Below, piece after piece: positions 52,886 to 64,000 of a DNA stretch of 64,000 nt; position 1 is the first letter of the stretch, and the number at the start of each line of letters is the position of its first letter. The position numbers and the translations under genes were made by a program. This stretch comes from Tubiluchus corallicola (lineage: Eukaryota; Animalia; Priapulida): positions 1 to 64,000 of the forward strand of contig JAQGDQ010000142.1 in assembly GCA_030141605.1 (NCBI GenBank), given 5' to 3'. The notes below the pieces were generated by a model, which saw only the letters and a list, made by a program, of their open reading frames with translations, was not told where the DNA came from and searched no databases.

Positions 52886-55800
52886 CTTTTATTTATCTTT
52901 TAACACACACAGTTACAATACAATTAATTTAGCAACAAAAATGTGAAGAAAGGGCAGCGAAAGACCAATTGGTCATCTAGTCAGCTGCCCTTTGGTTAGT
53001 GATGAACATTTTTTAAAGGCGCTATGCTACAGTGTATTAGTGTTAGTACTGCTTATAATAAAAATTAAATTGTTTATCTTTTTAAGTGTAGGCTCATCAA
53101 TTACCATGAGGTAACAAAATAATATAGTATTCGTAATAAGTAACATAATTATGATAAATAAAACAGTTATATAATCGGATACATAATATGATAAACTAAT
53201 ATAATATTACGCGTACAATTTAGTATTACATGTCTAAATTGTACATGTTAATTCCTGGTTGCATAGTATTTAGTACTGAATGCTCAGTTTAATGGTCGGC
53301 TTAATCTTATTTTTATAGTAGTGTTCTCTTTTAAAAGTCACATATTCTAAATCAAGATAAAGGTGCATATTATTTTTACTCTCTTAACGTAAAATGTTCC
53401 TGCCGACATGCCTGCAAAGTAATTTCGTGTTTTCGTTGCGTTACTATACTTCCACGTTGCAGATTATGACATCAAATTGTTTGTACAGCGTGTGTGTATG
53501 AGTCACCGTCATGATGCGTGCAGTTATGTGCTGCAGATACTGTAGTTAACAAGCAGTACGAACTTATCGATCTACAGTACATGGCTGTTTCAACTTAAAG
53601 CTGTACCGTCACGCTGATCTGGTGCTTGCGTAGCAATAAACAATCCCTGCGCAGCATGCTAGTTCCATCTGCAGTTCGTAATAGCGAATTGTGTCGTTGA
53701 CATGCAATGCACTTAAATTCCCTCGTCGAATTTAAAAAGTTTAGTTTTTTTGTAAAAAATTGTGAACGAAAATTTTGTGTGGCAAATTGAGCCGAGCGTC
53801 TCTTGACATTCCCATTATTAGCTTGTTTCTTCTGCAAATCTTTTACATAGTATTTTTAAGCTTAGTGTGACGGCATTGTCAACGCCGTGCAAATTTCGAC
53901 CTAGCATAGGTTCAATATTTTTCAGTTAAATAACTTACATGGCCATTTTTGAAATTCTCTTGTAGTTCGAAAAGTTCCGTTAGGTCTACCAATATTCTTT
54001 TATAAAACGAAACAATATGATTTGTAAATCACGCATCTAGCTAACCCACACCTACTATTTATTATTAAAACGATCGATTTAAATCAGCGGCATAGTCATG
54101 GCAATTTGATCGATATTTTATTGATTAGAAGCTAGTAGGTTGTTGTTTAATGCAGCTGCCTCTGCAAATGTTCATAAGTATTGTACAGCGTGCAAAGTGT
54201 ATGCCAATTACGTGGAAAGTTACTGTATAGTGTTACTGTGTTAGTAAATTACTAAGCAACAGTGATCATTGATTAACTCGCAGTCTTTATTTTGACGCTA
54301 ATGTAGTCATTGCAGCGTCTGTGTTACCTTCTAGAATCTCGTGTAGCCGTTATTATTTTATGAGCTGCTGTATATACTGTACGCTATTAACAAAATTAAT
54401 GGCGTAGCTATCTTTTCAGTTAGATTGTTCTAACTAAAAGTGATACATTGCAGATTAATAAGTCTAAGACAGATATTACTTGCACTCAGCAGTGTTAGTC
54501 AAATTTCAAAACATTCTTACTTTAATGTTCTTTCCTATGTTGATTTATTGTTCCGGTTATTTGTGTAGTCCCACTTATAGTGATGATCAATATTGTTTTT
54601 AAATTTCAGTAGTGAAAGATACTATGATCGGGATATGTACCACAGGCCGTTAAATAACTACCATGAAAATGATGATTCTTTAAGTGGTCAGGCCAGAGGT
54701 GGTCGCCATCGGGATAGGTTCAATCGAAACTACCAGGGAAAGGACCGGTATGTGTTTTTCTAGAATCACAAAAAATAGCGTTAGAGCAGTTAAAGTGGAA
54801 ATGAAGCTGTCAGCACTTATGTTAATTAAAAAAGACAATTTTCATTTGTTCATAGACACTTGGGTAAAAAGTATTACGAAGTTTAAATTATAAAAGTTAA
54901 ATTTATTTTGTATTTGAATGTTGTAAAAAATGTTAACTCACAAAAGCATATAGATTTGTCTTCAAGTTTCAATGTGTTTTCAGAAATTTCTGTAATAAAC
55001 CTCAATAATACCATCCTAACTTTTTAATTTTTGTCTTTCACACGCGCTTTATTGTGCTTCTTTTGCAATTTTCTGTGAATATTGTCGAGCTTCAGTAAAA
55101 TGTTTTTCGTACAAAACAGTGCAAAAAATTACAAATTATTTTTTCAAGACACAAGACTTCATTATGTATTTCTAGGTCGGGACGACGGGGGCACCAGCAG
55201 AAATTTGATCAGCGTTATACCGAGCAGCACTATGTGGAAGAAGGTAGAGATCGGATTCGTAAAGCTTCTAGTGGAAAAAAGGCAAAGTCACGTCGACATC
55301 GACGATCGCATTCAGGCTCTAGGTCAGATTCGGTCTCCAGTTCGAGCAGCGGATCAGTGTCATCATCTAGTGACAGTGATAGTGAATCGCAATCTTCCTC
55401 CAGGTCACCAAGGTACAGCTTATTCAAAACAGTTAAAATTGGCAGTTCGCGTTTGTGTTGCTATAAGGTTTTTAACTTTTTTTATTCTTCTTATATTGAA
55501 ACACTGCAGATTTTGCGTGAATGAAATTTTTAGCATTAGGTATATAAAAAACTCCCAAGTATTTAAATTTTAATCCTGCCAAGCAAAAATGAATAATTCA
55601 TTTTGGATTGATTGCTGAATAATAGACTTTCAAAAGCTTTGGGGCCTTGGGCTGTCACTATTTTTGTTCATTATATATGTAGTTTATTAATACTGTAGCT
55701 GCTGTGTGGTGTTAAAAGAACCGAAAAGTACCAGGCATTTTGCCATTCTTGTTCATCTTGTACAGCTGCTTGAGGCTTCCAAAAATAAAGCATTCAGAAC

Positions 55801-58800
55801 ATTTAATCAGTACCCATACGTTGATCAAGTGTATTAACTACTGGAAAGCTGCGAGAGATTACAACAGCAGAATATTTCACTACTTTTGTCAAATTGGTAC
55901 CTTTATCCTGCTTGATCATTGCTCATTAAATCTCTTTTCTTCACAACAGCAGTGGAAAATCAAGGATTTCTGGCAACTTGGCATCTGCTGTTACAGCGGT
56001 GACAAATCAGCAGTCTGGTTCCAACTCGGGTAGCTTAGAGATGGATGGTGATAAGAAGTCTTTATCAATCTGTGTAAGAAATCTGCCTGTGCGCTCTAGT
56101 GGTAAGTTACTTGTAATTTATCCAAGAACTAATGTTTCCCAGTATAAATTGGATAGCTTTAGCTTTTGGCATCAAAACTGTATTGTTTTTATGGCTTCCA
56201 TTTGGAAAGAATGAATGTTATTTATTTACCATGACTCGTTTTATAGTCACCCATTTTCTTGTTATGTAAAAGTGCTGTGAAATATGGTCTCTCTGCTTTT
56301 TAGGACCGATGAGTACTGATCAATATGGGCATCATTAAAACGTTATTTTGCTTTGCAGATACGAGCATAAAAGACGGTCTTTACCATGAATATAAAAAAT
56401 ATGGCAAAGTAACTTCTGTTAAGGTAGTAGGAATGGGTCAAGATCGGTATGCCATCGTTTGCTTCAAAAAGTAAGTTCATTATTTCAGCATCTGCTTTCA
56501 CAAAGTTCATCTCATGTTCATTTTTTTAAGTGACGCTCTTGGACGTACTTCTTATGTGTAAGAGTTTATCGTCCAACCTAACGTCATTGTTCCTTTGTGC
56601 TTTAGACATACCTTAAGCCTTTTTAAATTAAATAGGCGTCGGTTAAAAGCGTAGCAGATAAAGGCAGTGTAGAATTTTGTACTTCTGCTTCGAAAGCAAT
56701 CATTTTTAAAGTGTCTAAGTTAACTAGTAGTACTTTTTCCATTTTATTTGTTTTCCATTTTGTTTTTGTATGTTAACACTTTTGCATAATTTCTTTTCAG
56801 GGTTGAAGACGTTGACAAGGCTTTGGAAGTATCGCGCGACAAGTCGTTCTTCGGTTGTAAGATCGAGGTTGCTCCTTATGATGGGTTAGATTTAGAGGAC
56901 AACGAATTCAGCCCACTGGAAGCTGAGCTTGATGCATATCATGCCAAGGCAACCCGGACCTTGTTTGTTGGAAACTTGGGCAAAGATACGACTCCTGGAG
57001 AATTGAGAAAGCATTTTGAACAGTTTGGAGACATCATTGTAAGTTTTCACTCTAATCTTAATTTCTTTAATATTGTTAGTGTAACTACTCGAGACTGTCT
57101 TAACCTTGTACACAGGACCAGTTGAGTAGTTGTTTTAGAATTTGATTCATATCCCACTTCTTATTTGTATCGTTCTTATTTCTTTCCTCTCCACATTTTC
57201 TTTTTTACCTTAGTTTGGCATCGGTAATGTAATGATAAATATCGCTTGTTTATTCTGTCACTGTAAATGTAAATTTAAAACACATTTTTAGTGCATTGCT
57301 TTACTGCAATCCATTTCTTTCATGACACTTAATATTTTCTACAAGGATATTGACATCAAAAAGGGCCAGACTCAGTCTGTTTATGCGTTCCTTCAGTACT
57401 CGGACATCTCCAGTGTTGTGGCTGCAATAAGGACATTTGATGGCGAACATCTCAGTGGAAATAGGGTAAAGGTAATATTGGTGTGGTTTCTATTAACAAA
57501 GTGCTTACTCTCTGTTTATATTTCTACTAATTGTTGAGGTTGTTTGTGGTAATGGTCGGATTTAACAGCAGCTAACTTTCTTTGCTTTTCTTTAACTTTT
57601 CTGAAGCAGCTAAGCTACATAAAGTTGGAAACTTTAGCTACCCTTCATGAAGCAAAAATGTTTGAAATTTAGCTAGTTGCATATATAGACTTAAAGTCCA
57701 AGTTAAAATACAAGACCAATGAATTTTTACATACATCTAAAAAACTACTACTATTAGTTGACATTTCGAGTAACGCTGTGCAAACGGAAAACTTCAATCA
57801 TCCAGGCTGGCTATATTAGATACAGTTATTTTGTTTTAATGTTAAGTTGAGGCAAGCTCTGTTAGTACATTCGCATTTTGTAATAGAATGATGAAAAACT
57901 AATATTGCACAAATTACCATCTTGCTATAGTAAAGCATATTATTTTGCAAATAAGCTTCATAAAAATTTCTTACTTGTAATTAACAAACAAACATTTGAC
58001 TAAGAAATTATTGACGAAGGTTTTTTTGGAGTTGTGAATAACTGTGTTATGTCAGCTGTCCCCTTTTGGAAGGAACTGTTGAAATTACGGAGAATTCTTT
58101 TTTCTGACCCGAGCTTTTGCTGTCAAAATTTACTTATTTTCTTTTTGGGACCTTGGTAAGCGGTGCAAGTGTTGAAATATTATGTGGTGTACCATTGCTT
58201 GGCTCATCCAAACAGTTTTATTTTTAAATTGTCAATTATTTACCGCTGATATGCAGTACAACGTGTCCAAACTTTTGTTGTCCATCATGTTTTTTTGAAG
58301 CTATCCTAAAACACTAATATACTTGTTCACGTGACACTTGTTTTTTAATTTAAATTCAGAATTTTGACTCATTCGATAATTTGCCTCATGGAAGTGAGTA
58401 GTAGCTGTAGAATTATTAGTTTTGTCTGTTCTGTTTGCTGCCGCTTTTTCTCAACCATGAAATTGATACTTGGCATACAGATAGGACATTGACCAAGCGG
58501 TGAAGATTTCAATTTTTACATCATGCTGAAGATGCATACCCACTGCTCACGTGTAGTAGACAATCGATAAACACCAGTGTTGGTATCTAATACAGAGATT
58601 TAGTGTAATTTTTAAGTGAAACTTACAATCTGCGTGAATACAGAAAATAAAATTTTCTGGCAGTCTTCGTACATGCCAATCTTATCAGGCCAACTGTTGT
58701 TGCATGCCTTTCTGTTCAAGGTGTTTTTTAGCTTATTTAATGCCACCTTGTATAACTGCTGCAATTTCAATTATTTAGATGTGCATTTGCAAAGCTCTTT

Positions 58801-61800
58801 ATTATTTATCTTAATAGCTCGGTTTTGGCAAAAGTATGGCTACAAACTGTGTCTGGTTGGAAGGCATTACCGAAAACGTAACTGATGGTTTTCTTCGTCG
58901 CAAGCTTGGCCAGTTTGGGTCTATAACCGACTTATATTTGGACCGAGAACGAGGGCAGGCACTTGTATTTTTCAACACTTCGATAGAAGCAGAAAATGCA
59001 GTTTTAGACCTGAAAGGAAGAAACTTTATTTCTGATCTAAAAAGTCGAGGCATGATATGTGGTCGGCTCCAGGTAATTGCTTTTTAGTTTTTTAATTTTG
59101 TTGTGATATGAATTGAAATGCCTTAAATATAGAATCCCATTGATAGCCTAGTTGCTCTTATTTTTTTGTTTATCTGTGTCTATGTTTTCTGTTAAATATT
59201 TTCATTTTTTTGTTTAACTACTAGTTAGCCATATAATACTTTCGAAATAGCTTTGTATTGAGCTGAACTTATTAAACTAGCAATTCGTAGAGTTACTAGT
59301 AGCAGTGTTGTAATTATTGCTATTACAGCTAGTGAGTGATAAATGACAGTTTGTGATATTTGCACTTTGCGGTCTTGTCTATCAATGCTCTTTTCTTCGT
59401 TTTCTTATTTTTATTAATTATCTTATATGACATTTTTGTTTTGATGACAAGCTGTTGGAGCCTGAGATTTATGTGCCGGTAAATTAACAATATTTGGTTG
59501 CAGGTTGATTTTGCTAGTCGAGAGTTACAAACATTGTTTTTCAACAAGTTGGAACGATCACGGGACCAGAATTCCCGGTGGCGCGGTGAATATGACGAGC
59601 GGTACTCGATGGATAGGTCCAGTTCTAATGAGTATGTTTAATTTCGACTGTTTGCTTTTCTGATCAGTTGATGCTATAAACAACTGTTTTGTTTTGCTTC
59701 TAGAAGTCAAGTTTTCAAATTCTTTGAATGTTGTACATTTTGATTTTATTTTTCAAATTTGGTGTGCAACACTTTAATTTTATTTTCAAATTTGTTGTGC
59801 ATTTTGCAAAAGTTGAAATTTTTTTAGCACTTTGTTTCTTTAGTTGATAGTGTGTATAAGTTTGTTTGTGAATTTCAGCCGCAGTTCATATGACCAACGT
59901 CGTAATAGCACCAGCCAGCAGCAGTATGCACGTTTTGACACCACATCTCAGCGTGGTCGAGGAGGATCATCTTATCGAAGCAGCCGACAAGCATTTCAGA
60001 AACGTGCGCATGGAACTACTTACAACCGCTTTGAAAGTTACCAAGATGATTATCTGGAAAGGCACCACAGGTTAGTGTTTATCGCAGATTTTTATATTCA
60101 TTTGACTGTTAAGCTAGGACTCCATGTGCACATAATGCGTAATGCGTGCGTGATCTGTAATCCATAACGCGTGATGTGTATTGACCGTTTCCATGTCTCC
60201 GTCAATGCTATGCATATTAACAAAGCTCACGGCGCTCTTTCCACTATTCGCGAGATTTGCAAGCAGTAATTTTTGGAAACTCTCTCTGTCTAAATTTAAC
60301 CGTGATAATTACAGCTGCGGCATTAGCTTATTATTGCATCATTCGACGAAAAAATTCAAAAGAAAGCAATGGATTTGGGTGCACAACGTTTTGCAGGGAA
60401 GAAAACAATACGGCACATATCATCATTTAGTGAAAAGACTGCAGTTAGATGCACAACACATGGTTCTTCCATCTCTCAAAAACTCAAATAGAAAAAGTAT
60501 TATTTTTATGTATTTTAAAGTGAGTGACCAAAGCTCACCTAACTAGAATTTTCAGAAAGCTAAACAGCGAAAACGGTCACCTGAAACTTGAAAACTCGCT
60601 ATAATCACCTAGGGAACAGCGGTTTCCCGTCTGCATATTGGTGCATGATACATACTCGGACGATAGTCATCACTTTCGAATGAATATGGACAACGCATCA
60701 CACATTACGGATTACGTATTAGTTACACATGGAGTTTTACCTTTAGTCTGTTTTAAAAAGTTTATTCTCATTTTTTTAGAGAACGCCAAGTCTTGTGCTG
60801 TATAATTGCATTATTTACTAGTTTTGCTGTGATTTGTTTGTATTCATGTTAACTAGCTTTTTTAAGAAGGGCAGGTTTTCTATATTACTCTTTGTTTTAA
60901 GTAATTTGACTCTCACTTATTCAAGTAATTTTCTTGATTTGTTTAAATTTGCTTTGTTTATTTTTCAGGAATTACGATGAGTACAGTCAGGGTAGTGCCG
61001 CTAGTTACCATGATGAGGACACGTATGAGGCGGAGCTGCGTGATTATGGTTATAGTCAGCGTGAACGTCGGGACCGGAGTATGGATGAACGAGGTCGCAG
61101 TGCTACTCCTATTTCTCGGTGCCATAGTGACAGTCCGTTACCGCGCAATCGAAGTGATAGTCCACATGTTAATTCTCGTGATAAAGTGAAAAAACATGAT
61201 AAATATAATAGTGATAGTGACACTGAATGCAAAGATGATTCCAGAGTGCGCTGCTTCTCAGACAATATTTTTCACGAGAAGAGCAAAAAGCGGCATCAGT
61301 CTGGCTACAGTGCTAGTCCAAATGATAGTTGTGTTAGTAATACATCATCATCGGGCCGGTACCGTAGTCAGAGTTTGAGTCCACGAAGAGTGCAGAGTAG
61401 AACTGCATCCCCAAATGCAGAACGAAATCGTAGTGCATCTAGTGATAAAAAATGGGCTGACACTCATGACTCTTTGCATAGCGAAGCTGATCATTTAAAG
61501 AATAAAGTGATAGCTGACCGAATTCGTAAATTAAGACATGAGTCAGATGTTGATAGCATCAAAAGTGATAGTGAGCGCCGAAAACGATCTCATGATCTCT
61601 CGAGTAGAGAGTCCAGTCCTGTGAACCATAGACACAAAAATGTGGTGCTCTCAAAATCGAGAGATGAATGTGAGCTACGAACTAAGAGTCGACGGAGCTC
61701 ACTAATTGGTGATGGTGCTACAGATTTGGAAACAAAACGTGGTGAGAATGAAAGTAAACTTAGTAATAGTATTGCTAAGGAATTAAAACATGCTCGAGAA

Positions 61801-64000
61801 AAAGTGCATGTTGATGGTGTGTTTTCTTTTGCTGTGCATGGCACAGACATTGAGGGAAGTGCTTGTCCCTCAAAGAAACCAAAGTTGAGTGATTCGGGTA
61901 ACTTCCGACACAAAGATGCGTCAGAAACTGTTATGCCATTACAAGGTGATAAGTCAAAGTTAACCATTGATTCTAGTCTTAGTTATAGGAAGCAGATGGA
62001 AGCATTTAAAAGTTCAGACCAGAGACTGGATGTGCCGTTGTTATTAGAGGTGCAGCAGGAAGAAAAGTCCAACGTTCCTAAGTTGGATGAAATCAAGGAC
62101 GATCAAAAAGATGGGTCAATTTTGTCTCCTCGTGACATTCCGATGGAAGGTGTTTTTAATAAACGGAGGAGATTACTGGAAGAAGAGCACCCTAATTTTA
62201 AATCAAAACGTGTCAGTGATGATCAACAAAACAGTAGTGCTGATGAATTTGACAATGTACAACATCACCTACTAGAACCACGGGAATGTAAACCTAAGCG
62301 TGGTTCACCTCTTTCTCTTCCTTTGCCAAAGTTTGCACATGACCCAAGTAATTTGATATCTTGTCGTCCTTCATCTCCGCCTGTTTCCAAATCGCATGTG
62401 CATACCCTAGACATTCCTAAAAAAATTGAAGTTGTTGAAGTGCAAAGTGTTATTACAACAACAACAGGACTAATGTCGCCACCTGGTCTTATGTCTCCTC
62501 CTGTTGCAGTTGGGTTGTTATCTACACCTATAGTTTCACCAGGATTAAAGTCTCCTGCTAGTGTTTCTTCAGGTATTAAGTCTCCACTGCATGTAACACC
62601 AGCGACTAAGCCTATGTTAATATCACCTAGCATGAAATCACCTGGAGCTTTTTCTGAAAAAAGTGATATTGGCAAGTCATCTGCACTACCATTCGCGAAG
62701 AACACTGGCACCACAGAATCTTCATCTCCAGATATTTCTCCAATGGCTTCACCACAAGGACCATCTTTGGAAGAAAGAATTAAAGCTCTTGACGAGAAGT
62801 TAGCAAAACAACGAGATGCCGAAATAGCCATGTCATCAGCAATGGATTATGAGACGTATAAGCGATTACGGCGCAAACCAACAGAACTTCAAGTTAAAAC
62901 TGAACCGTCTAATATAGTCAAATCTTTGCTAGCAAAATCATCGATATTTGATCAGGATTCTAGACGATTAGAAAACATTAGTGATAAATATGAGCCCAAA
63001 GATCTTGCAGATTTATCTCCTGATTCTAAGACTGATGTTGTAGCGCAGTTGCGAATAAAAACGTCAGTAGCATCAAGCAAAGATTCTTGCCCAAGTTTAA
63101 CTCCTGTGCCCACAACATTTAATAAACAGATTCTTCAATCACCATTAGATACCATTGCAGGTAAACAGAGTGATGCTGCTTCTTCACTAGCTGGATTTCC
63201 AGAATCATCTGTGTTAAGTAATATGTCACGATTAGCTGATACTCCAAGAGATCCGCGGAGTGACCCTACAGTTAAACACTCATCAGGACACCAAGAAACT
63301 ATTCTTACACGGTTAAGAAAGGAGTCTTGTTCAACTGTCATTGCACCTTCTGTGAAACAAGAAGATTCCTTTCCACAGTATGGCCGATATCCAACTTATC
63401 CTAGTGGATTTTCATCTAATCATCCGGTAGTCAGTTTACTTAATGTTTCCATACCATCAGCATCAAGCTTGCATAATTCTGTAGCAAGCAGTGTCTCAGA
63501 AAGCTCTATCAGCCCGTGCCCTGTTGCAAGTCTGTTGACTAATTTGCCTAGTTGGCCTGCTATGACAACACAGTCGAGTGTCAGTGGAACAACAAAATTA
63601 GTTAATCATGCATCAAATTATTCACATGCAGGGCCTATATTGTTACAGTCTACTGGACCTTCCATAAATGAAGCTGCCTCAAATTTTCACAATCAGTCTA
63701 CACCTTCACATCTAAGTAATTCATCCCACCATCATAGTACTAATTTCGTCCATCAACATCCTAGTCCTCAAATTCCTTGCACAACTTCCAGTTTGCAGTC
63801 TAATGTAACTACTTCTCAACATGCTACCACTACTACTGTTACTAAGTATGGCTTTCCGACAAAACGTGCAAGCATTGATTTGTCTCATCAACCTGTTAAA
63901 CCTATACTGAAGAAGGACACTCATTACTCGTCATTGCCTACTACGTTATCAGGTGCAAAAACTGAAACATGTCAGCCGCCTTCTCTATCACTGACACCAA
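31966..64000 (+). CDS. SPEN: SPEN / split ends / SHARP (Msx2-interacting protein), 3'-partial
   Basis: Exons: 31966-32048,39876-40154,54610-54747,55176-55412,55950-56101,56359-56470,56801-57038,57346-57471,58818-59072,59504-59631,59879-60070,60969->64000. GT-AG and phase-consistent. Diagnostic N-terminus MVRETRHLWVGNLP..HFERYGRVQSVK..AFIDIKSASKAH..LRTDYNEPG. RRMs VRNLPVRSSDTSIKDGLYHEYKKYGKV, KATRTLFVGNL, LGFGKSMATNCVWL, VDFASRE. Giant exon motifs DEYSQGSAAS, LSLPLPKFA, SLEERIKALDEK, SSIFDQDSRRLE. SPOC domain lies beyond the window. Confidence 0.96.
35354..35419. repeat. 33-bp tandem duplication
   Basis: GGTGTGTGCACATGTTTTAAGTCTAACTTATAC x2, with 2 mismatches. Confidence 0.85.
36487..36518. 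promoter_or_regulatory. RFX X-box plus CRE in SPEN intron 1
   Basis: GTTGCTTAGCAAC (36487-36499) and TGACGTCA (36511-36518) in a CpG-rich patch. Confidence 0.5.
37127..37243. promoter_or_regulatory. Pair of RFX X-box-like sites
   Basis: TTGCTCATAGCAAC (37127-37140) and GTTGCCAAGGCAAC (37230-37243, one mismatch to GTTGCCATGGCAAC). Confidence 0.5.
47003..47193. promoter_or_regulatory. Motif cluster in SPEN intron 2 (TGACGTGG, CCAAT, X-box)
   Basis: TGACGTGG 47003-47010, ATTGG at about 47123, GTTGCCTGGCAAC 47181-47193. CpG-rich. Confidence 0.45.
50540..52356. mobile_element. Non-autonomous DNA transposon (outer copy) interrupted by an inverted copy of the same family
   Basis: Ends carry repeated AAAAATGGCACA / TGTGCCATTTTT motifs, and the right end reads TGTGCCATTTTTTACCCTGCACC. 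Its halves are inverted homologues of the inner element. Confidence 0.7.
50985..51822. mobile_element. Inner inverted copy with 9-bp TSD (Mutator-like)
   Basis: Starts GGTGCAGGGTAAAAATGGCACA. Flanked by perfect direct repeat GTGTGCCAT at 50976-50984 and 51823-51831. Confidence 0.75.
52836..52993 (-). mobile_element. 3' end of a non-LTR retroelement: stem-loop, AATAAA and (ATT)n tail
   Basis: About 16 perfect ATA repeats (52836-52885) next to a minus-strand AATAAA, and a 10-bp perfect stem AAAGGGCAGC/GCTGCCCTTT (52949-52993). Confidence 0.55.
60112..60742 (+). mobile_element. Internally deleted PIF/Harbinger DNA transposon (631 bp) in SPEN intron
   Basis: 3-bp TSD TTA (60109-60111, 60743-60745). 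Imperfect TIRs AGCTAGGACTCCATGTG / CACATGGAGTTTTACCT with matching subterminal TAATGCGTAAT motifs. The internal remnant KRKQWIWVHNVLQGRKQYGTYHHLVKRLQLD resembles the N-terminus of Harbinger transposases. Confidence 0.82.

Noticed and set aside
52752-52946. Poly-Ile ORF
   Set aside because: Translation of the (ATA)n tail.
61056-63924. Minus-strand ORFs (125, 188 aa and others) opposite the SPEN giant exon
   Set aside because: Antisense shadows of a long Ser/Pro-rich coding frame, with no independent features.
1-64000. tRNA, rRNA or other recognisable ncRNA genes
   Set aside because: None recognised by eye. An Infernal/Rfam and tRNAscan search would be needed to exclude them.

Overview
AT-rich, intron-containing animal DNA, most consistent with an invertebrate bilaterian; the taxon cannot be fixed from the sequence. 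Three protein-coding genes can be built by hand from GT-AG splice sites with consistent reading frame. (1) XRN1 on + has 33 coding exons from 931 to 26075, and its first coding exon lies upstream of the window. (2) An unrecognised two-exon gene on - (30568-30489 joined to 29677-28600, 385 aa) lies tail-to-tail with XRN1 and head-to-head with SPEN. (3) SPEN/split ends on + runs from ATG 31966 through four RRMs into the giant low-complexity exon that leaves the window. Introns hold DNA-transposon derivatives (hAT-like, Harbinger, a nested 9-bp-TSD element), LINE 3' ends, a 45-bp minisatellite and microsatellites. The least explained signals are the orphan gene and the long CpG-rich SPEN introns 1-2. 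Those introns carry a strand-biased UGUACAG motif, stem-loops, RFX X-boxes and promoter-like patches, a candidate (auto)regulatory platform. All counts were made by eye.
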